A DNA stretch of 14,887 nt. Source: a virus (Duplodnaviria > Heunggongvirae > Uroviricota > Caudoviricetes). Of the stretch, positions 13,718 to 14,887 are shown piece by piece. Within the stretch, counting starts at the first letter, position 1, and each line of letters opens with the position of its first letter. The notes beneath the pieces are model-generated. The model had not been told where the DNA came from, did no database searches, and saw only the letters and a list, made by a program, of their open reading frames with translations. Both the position numbers and the translations under genes were made by a program. The stretch covers positions 146,407 through 161,293 of IMG/VR virus record IMGVR_UViG_3300012269_000002. One strand, given 5' to 3'.

Positions 13718-13963
13718 ATGAAAGGAATTATAGATTGGAATGGTTTAACGATAGAACAATATATCGAACATTTAGAAGAAAAATTTATGTACGATTCAAG
13801 TGGTACAGCAAAAGCCGTATTTGAATTAATAAGTGCTTACAAAGTATTAGCTGAGTCACCTATTGTAGATTGTAAACATAAATCTGATTACACACCTTGT
13901 TATAATTCACAAGGGGAACTTATGTTCAAGCAATGTGATATTTGTGGGGGAGAATTTGATTAG
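13718..13963 (+). CDS. Hypothetical protein, 81 aa, C-terminal Cys cluster
   Basis: ORF between tRNAs; C-x-H...C...CDIC. Confidence 0.7.
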   Translation: MKGIIDWNGLTIEQYIEHLEEKFMYDSSGTAKAVFELISAYKVLAESPIVDCKHKSDYTPCYNSQGELMFKQCDICGGEFD

Positions 13964-13969
13964 TAATAA

Positions 13970-14042
13970 GGGGGTATAGCAAAGATGGTCTATGCGTTCG
14001 GCTGAAAACCGAAAGATGTTGGCTCGGTACCAACTGCCCTCA
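13970..14042 (+). tRNA. tRNA-Phe(GAA) with non-canonical T loop
   Basis: Acceptor gggggta/tgccctc, ttcgg-ctGAAaa-ccgaa; T loop CTCGGTA instead of TTCRANY. Confidence 0.78.
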
Positions 14043-14050
14043 CAAAACAA

Positions 14051-14076
14051 GGTACCTTAGCTCAGTTGGTAGAGCA
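14051..14076 (+). pseudogene. tRNA 5' fragment (acceptor strand + D arm) upstream of HNH gene
   Basis: ggtacct-ta-gctc-agttggta-gagc-a, D arm identical to that of tRNA-Phe at 14640; no downstream T arm. Confidence 0.65.
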
Positions 14077-14133
14077 CTTTGTAAAGATTAGTGTCACTTT
14101 TTTGTTTTTGTGATATTTATATAAAAAAGTATT

Positions 14134-14637
14134 ATGAAAATCGAAAAAGAAAAAATTAAAAATTTAGTAGAAGAGGGTCTTAATAATTCAGAGATTGCTG
14201 AAATAATAAATTGTCACAGGACAACTGTTCCAAAGAAGATGAAAAAATATGGAATAGAAAGACCAGAGAGTGATAACATTTGTTTGATTTGTGATAATGA
14301 AACCACATCGAGAAGAAATAGGTGTGATACATGTAACACTAAAATAAGAAGATACAGAGCTAAAAAAGCTGGTGTTGAATATTTGGGTTATAAGTGTAAT
14401 AGATGTGGTTGGTCTGGAGATTTATCTGGTTTTGATTTTCATCATATAGATGAAAAGAATTTTAATTTAGGTGCAGCTAAAATGGCGAACACAAAGTGGA
14501 AAGAAATTAAAAAAGAGTTAGATAAATGTGAGTTATTATGTGCATTATGTCATAGGTTAGAACATAGTGATTATGATAATGAAGTATTTTTGAAGATTGC
14601 CAATAAAAAAAGTGAAGATTTAATCTTCAAGGAATAA
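14134..14637 (+). CDS. HNH endonuclease with N-terminal HTH and zinc fingers
   Basis: GLNNSEIAEIINCHRTTV (HTH), CLIC/CDTC, KCNRCG...FDFHHID...CELLCALCHRLEH; TATTTATA at 14114-14121. Confidence 0.88.
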   Translation: MKIEKEKIKNLVEEGLNNSEIAEIINCHRTTVPKKMKKYGIERPESDNICLICDNETTSRRNRCDTCNTKIRRYRAKKAGVEYLGYKCNRCGWSGDLSGFDFHHIDEKNFNLGAAKMANTKWKEIKKELDKCELLCALCHRLEHSDYDNEVFLKIANKKSEDLIFKE

Positions 14638-14639
14638 TT

Positions 14640-14712
<73 letters not shown>

Positions 14713-14714
14713 CA

Positions 14715-14826
14715 AGTAGTTGTCGAAATGCCTTAGGGTAGTGATAATTAAGTTTATCGGCATTAGTGAGTTTTGCACAAAGTCGTGCATGTAATAAGGG
14801 CAAAAACAAATCCCTTTCCACCTACT
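14715..14826 (+). ncRNA. Candidate structured non-coding RNA between tRNA-Phe and tRNA-Glu
   Basis: Nested helices by eye: agtag/ctact, aatgcc/ggcatt enclosing gataa/ttatc, tgcac/gtgca, aaggg/ccctt. Confidence 0.4.
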
Positions 14827-14832
14827 AATTAT

Positions 14833-14887
14833 AGCCCTATCGACAAGCGGTTAAGTCATCACCCTTTCAAGGTGAAGTCACGGGTTC
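14833..14887 (+). tRNA. tRNA-Glu(TTC), truncated by window end
   Basis: agcccta-tc-gaca-agcggtta-agtc, tcacc-ctTTCaa-ggtga, start of T arm acggg-ttc. Confidence 0.85.

Noticed and set aside
14715-14826. Hammerhead ribozyme (GAAA followed by a stem)
   Set aside because: No CUGANGA core in the required position.

Overview
AT-rich segment that reads like the accessory/tRNA region of a large phage infecting a Bacteroidota host. This is inferred from six TTG-N20-TAnnTTTG promoters, A-rich SD-less ribosome binding regions, CCA-less tRNA arrays and free-standing nuclease genes. Left part: a partial Zn-finger/15-aa-repeat protein coupled to a small ribbon-helix-helix (RHH) gene, a 2H phosphoesterase, a WGR-HD-ART PARP-like enzyme with an H-Y-E triad, a collagen-repeat lipoprotein, a Pol-beta-type nucleotidyltransferase with an anomalous start, and a T5orf172 protein. 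Middle/right: two tRNA arrays (Cys-Val-Leu-Leu-Leu-like; Ala-Phe-Phe-Glu, truncated by the window end) interrupted by three homing-type endonuclease genes sitting in broken tRNA halves, a three-gene ART/kinase/ParB-like operon, and an apparently intact IS200/IS605 element (tnpA+tnpB). The top observation is that each tRNA array is preceded by promoter -> short leader ORF (MKT[I/F]NNI...) -> alternative antiterminator/terminator. Each leader peptide is made mostly of the amino acids whose tRNAs lie downstream (L/V/C for array 1; F/A/E plus D for array 2). This suggests ribosome-mediated attenuation that turns on phage tRNA arrays when the cognate charged tRNAs run low. All calls come from reading the sequence by hand; no searches or folding programs were run.
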